64,000 nucleotides of DNA from an uncultured delta proteobacterium (lineage in GTDB: Bacteria > Desulfobacterota > Zymogenia > Zymogenales > Zymogenaceae), in contig CAWBYW010000007.1 of the NCBI GenBank assembly GCA_963792965.1, positions 128,001-192,000 on the forward strand, in the 5' to 3' direction. Below, in pieces: positions 59,831 through 64,000 of the stretch. The notes under the pieces are model-generated. The model saw nothing but the letters and a program-made list of their open reading frames with translations. It was not told the DNA's origin and searched no databases. Position 1 is the first letter of the stretch; each line of letters begins with the position of its first letter. A program made the position numbers and the translations under genes.

Positions 59831-60505
59831 TTGGCCAGGCGCATAAGGACATCACGAAAGAAATCGATAAATAAACCGGACGAATTTATCTCGACGTGGG
59901 CCAAGATCATTCAATATTTGTACGAGCATGAGATTCTATTTTATTCGGCCTTCGCGGTGGTGATCGCCCTCTGCGTCGGCATCGTCGCTCTCTCATTTCT
60001 CTTCTTTCATCGGCAGACGGAATCCCAGGAGATTCTATACCGCGGGATAACGGCCTACAACGATGCGGGCACGAGTGAAGAGAATCTCAATAAGGCTCTG
60101 CTTTCATTCACGGCCGTCGCAAAGAAGTATCCTTTCTCCAAGTCAAAGAAGATCGCCATTCTCTATCAGGGTAACGTCCTGTATGACCTCAAAAAGTATG
60201 ACGAAGCCCTCGATAAATATAAAACAGCCGAAAAGCAGTTCTCCGGTCCGCTCAAGGATATCGTGAGGGAGGACGTCGGCTATACGCTGGAACGAATGGG
60301 TAAATATTCCGAGGCGTCGGACATATTCAAGACCCTCATATCTCCAAAGAACGAAGGAGCTTACTTAGATCTCATCAGGAACCTTGAGGAAGCCGGGAAA
60401 AAGGATGAGGTCGTCAAATATGGTAAAGAGTATCTAACCTATTTTGCCGATTCTTCGCACGCCCCGGCGATCAAGGAGAAGCTCGAGACAACCGGGAAAA
60501 AATAA
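59831..60505 (+). CDS. Membrane-anchored TPR protein (YfgM-like)
   Basis: KPDEF motif, one TM helix, TPR helices. Confidence 0.75.
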   Translation: MARRIRTSRKKSINKPDEFISTWAKIIQYLYEHEILFYSAFAVVIALCVGIVALSFLFFHRQTESQEILYRGITAYNDAGTSEENLNKALLSFTAVAKKYPFSKSKKIAILYQGNVLYDLKKYDEALDKYKTAEKQFSGPLKDIVREDVGYTLERMGKYSEASDIFKTLISPKNEGAYLDLIRNLEEAGKKDEVVKYGKEYLTYFADSSHAPAIKEKLETTGKK

Positions 60506-62296
60506 ATGGAACGAAAACTCCTTTCCGGAAACGAAGCGATCGCGCGGGGTGCCTATGAGTGCGGGGTTGTTTTTGCATCCGCCTACCCGGGAACCCCGTC
60601 GACGGAAATCCTCCAGGAAATAAGACACTACCCCGACGTTTACTGCGAGTGGTCCCCTAACGAGAAAGTGGCCCTCGAAGTGGGCGTCGGTGCGTGTTAC
60701 GCGGGGGGGCGGACGCTCGTCGTGATGAAACACGTCGGGGTAAACGTCGCGGCCGACCCGTTCTTCACCCTCTCCTATACCGGCGTCCGAGGAGGATTGG
60801 TCCTGGTCACCGCCGATGACCCGGAGCTTCACAGCTCGCAGAACGAGCAGGACAATCGGAACTACGCGAAGTTCGCAAAGGTTCCCATGCTCGAGCCGAG
60901 CGACAGCCAGGAAGCCAAGGATTTCACCAGGATCGCCTTTTCGCTCTCCGAACAGTTCAATACGCCGGTCATGCTGAGGACGACCACGCGTATCTCTCAT
61001 TCCCAGTCGCCGGTCGTATTGGGCGACGCCGAGCGCGAAAAATACCGCGGCAAGATCGGGATCGAGAAGGATCCCGAGCGGCTCGTGATGCTGCCCAATA
61101 ACGCCCGAAAGCGTCATCGCGTGGTGGAAGAGCGGATGGTTTCGCTCAAGGCATTTGCCGAAACCTTCGCCGAAAATAAGATTGAATGGGGTGACAAGTC
61201 CCTTGGGATCGTCACCTCCGGCATTTCTTACCAGTACGCGCGAGAGGTCTTTCCCAATGCCTCCATCCTCAAGCTCGGGATGGTTTATCCGCTGCCTGAA
61301 AAGACTATCCGGGATTTCGCCTCGGCCGTAAAGGAGCTCATCGTGGTTGAGGAGCTTGATCCTTTCATCGAAGAGCAGATCAGAGCGATGGGGATCATCG
61401 TTCGCGGGAAAGGACATATCCCTCTATACGGAGAGCTTAACCTCGATATCGTGGGCGCCTCCTTCGAGCGATGCCGGCGGAGGAGAAACCCAGCCGGTAT
61501 TTGAGCTGCCTAAGCTCCCCCGAGGCCGCCCAATATGTGTCCGGGATGTCCACACCGAGGCGTTTTCTACACGCTCTCGAAAAAGAAGATCTTCGTGGCA
61601 GGGGATATCGGATGCTACACGCTCGCGTTTCTCCCGCCGTTGCGCGCGATCGATACGTGTCTCTGCATGGGTGCAAGCATCGGGCAGGCCGTCGGGATGG
61701 ATAAGGTACTGGGAGACTCAGGGAAGGGAAAGGTCGCCGCGGTAATCGGCGACTCCACTTTCTTCCATTCCGGGATAACACCGCTGATCGATGCCTCGTA
61801 TAATAAATCAAGCGCCACCATCATCATCCTCAATAACAAGACGACTGCGATGACCGGCGCACAGAACCATCCCGGCACCGGCAAGACCCTCCGGGGAGAA
61901 GAGACTCACGCCGTGGATATCGCGACGCTGGCCACAGCTATCGGCGTAAAAAGGGTCAGGAAAGTCGACCCGTACCGCATCGAAGAGACGCGTGCCGCCA
62001 TCGAGGAAGAGCTCGCCTCAGTCGAGACGTCCGTTATCATCTCGGAAAGCCCCTGCGTGCTTCTGCCGGGAAGCAGAAGGGACGACTGGTATCTGCTGAC
62101 GGTCGACTCAGCGGTTTGTAACGGATGCAAGGCGTGTCTGATGCTCGGCTGTCCCGCACTTGGCTGGGAGCCGAATGAGACCAACGCAAAAGGGAAAAAG
62201 GGAAGATCGTCCATCGACCCGCTGCTCTGCATCGGCTGCGGCATGTGCAGATCACTTTGTAAATTTGACGCCATTGTGAGACGTGCCGGTGACTGA
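60506..62296 (+). CDS. iorA: Indolepyruvate:ferredoxin oxidoreductase alpha subunit, frameshift(s) near 61465-61530
   Basis: GNEAIARG, YPGTPS, MKHVG, CPGCPH, GDIGCY, GDSTF.HSG, C-terminal ferredoxin. Confidence 0.92.
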
Positions 62297-62879
62297 TAAA
62301 ATAACAAATATCATGATGGTGGGGGTAGGGGGCCAGGGTATCATTTTGGCCTCAGATATTTTGTCCGAATCTCTCATGACGGCGGGTTTCGACGTAAAAA
62401 AGAGCGAAGTCCACGGCATGGCTCAGCGAGGCGGCAGCGTTGTCAGCCACGTCAGATTTGGGAAGAAAGTCTATTCCCCGCTGATAAAGAAGGGAGAGAC
62501 CGATATTCTTTACTCCCTGGAGATGCTTGAATCCCTGCGCTATATTGATTTCCTCAACAAGGATTCCGTCGTTATCCTTAACGATTACCGGCTCAATCCC
62601 CCTTCGGTATCACTCGGGGTCGAGCAGTATCCGGAAGGTATCTACGACATATTTAAGAAGTATTTCTCGCGGGTGACCCTGATTCATGGCTTCGAGATGG
62701 CTACCGAGAACGGCAATCCGCGAACGATGGGCATTATTGTCCTCGGCCATCTCTCTCGGTATCTTGATGTGCCGCAGGACATCTGGCACTCCGTCATCAG
62801 GCAGCGTGTGCCTAAGAAGGCCGTGGACGTAAACCTGAAGGCCTTCGAAATGGGAAGCGCCATCCCCACGGTATCATAG
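62289..62879 (+). CDS. iorB: Indolepyruvate oxidoreductase beta subunit
   Basis: [19 protein letters not shown]. Confidence 0.93.
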   Translation: MTDKITNIMMVGVGGQGIILASDILSESLMTAGFDVKKSEVHGMAQRGGSVVSHVRFGKKVYSPLIKKGETDILYSLEMLESLRYIDFLNKDSVVILNDYRLNPPSVSLGVEQYPEGIYDIFKKYFSRVTLIHGFEMATENGNPRTMGIIVLGHLSRYLDVPQDIWHSVIRQRVPKKAVDVNLKAFEMGSAIPTVS

Positions 62880-62890
62880 GAGGTTTTTGC

Positions 62891-64000
62891 ATGATTTTTA
62901 ATGAAGAATTTGAAACCCTTCCGAGGCCCGCTCTCGAAGCGCTCCAGTTAAAGCGGCTCCAGGATGTGACGAAACGCGTCTATGAGAGAGTGCCCTTCTA
63001 CAAAAAGAAGTTTGATGAAGCGCATATCAAGCCAGGGGACGTGAAGAGCCTCAAAGACCTCCAAAAGCTTCCCTTTACGGTTAAACAGGACCTGAGGGAC
63101 AACTATCCCTTCGGCCTCTTTACCCTCCCGATGGAAGACATCGTCAGGATTCATGCGTCCTCCGGGACAACCGGCAAGCCGACCGTCGTCGGCTACACGA
63201 AGAAGGATATCGAGCTCTGGGCGGAGCTCATGGCACGAACGCTCTCCGTCGGCCGGGGCCACGAAGAAAGATATCATCCACAATGCCTATGGGTACGGGC
63301 TTTTTACCGGCGGATTGGGCATTCACTACGGCTCGGAGCGGCTGGGCGCTTCCGTCATCCCGATATCCGGCGGCAACACGAAGCGCCAGATCATGATCAT
63401 GCAGGATTTCGGATCCACGATCCTCGCCTGTACCCCCTCGTATGCCTTGTTTATCGCCGAGGTTGCCGAGGAGGTGGGCGTCGACTTTCAAGAACTTAAA
63501 CCTCAAGGCGGGGGTATTCGGGGCCGAGCCCTGGTCCGATAGGATGCGCCGCGAGATCGAGAGAAAGCTCAACCTGGACGCCATCGATATCTACGGACTT
63601 TCGCGAGATTATCGGGCCGGGCGTTGCGACGGAATGCCTTGAAGCGAAAAGCGGCCTCCATATCTTCGAGGATCACTTCATCCCCGAAATCATCAACCCC
63701 CAGACCGGCGAGGTCCTCCCGTACGGAGAGAAGGGAGAGCTGGTTTTCACGACAGTCACCAAGGAGGCGTTTCCCCTCATCCGTTACCGGACCCGGGACA
63801 TCTCGCGGCTCAGCCCGAGCCCTGTAAATGCGGCAGGACCCACGTGCGGATGGATCGCATAAGCGGTCGAAGCGACGATATGCTGATCATCCGCGGGGTC
63901 AACGTCTTCCCGTCACAGATCGAGAGCATCCTGCTGGAGATCGAAGGGGTCGAGCCACATTATCAGCTGATCGTCGACCGCGAGGGACCGCTGGACATTC
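62891..64000 (+). CDS. paaK: Phenylacetate-CoA ligase family protein, several frameshifts, truncated by window end
   Basis: [57 protein letters not shown] spread over different frames. Confidence 0.88.

Overview
Bacterial chromosomal window of moderately high GC, with a gene set typical of an anaerobe, probably deltaproteobacteria-like (inference from gene content). Main blocks, in order: (1) S2P protease, hydrolase, oppDF, nikR-nikMN, a response regulator and tsaC. (2) A TetR-headed operon with two class-III aminotransferases, two SCP2-type lipid-binding proteins, two APC permeases, a split transketolase with an altered active site, and alanine dehydrogenase. This is the best candidate for an undescribed pathway, probably catabolism of a lipophilic 2-amino-1,3-diol such as a sphingoid base. 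(3) A MoxR AAA+ ORF joined to a vWA ORF in the -1 frame at an A10 run, then a 2-hydroxyacyl-CoA dehydratase-type pair, MoaD and AOR. (4) Housekeeping genes and a Gly-Cys-Leu tRNA cluster. A ~3.8 kb island sits in tRNA-Leu, bounded by a 115 bp direct repeat, lacking an integrase and containing a half tRNA-Pro. (5) A KdgK/GntR/RraA/LarA/IlvD sugar-acid cluster. (6) An abfD-like gene, an [FeFe] hydrogenase, an aldehyde dehydrogenase and two tandem Moco-class riboswitches next to mop. (7) pgi, miaB, bactofilin, iorAB and paaK. At least ten otherwise intact genes carry single-base frameshifts, which suggests uncorrected assembly indels, so every frameshift claim needs read-level checking. All family calls come from motif recognition by eye; no database searches were run.
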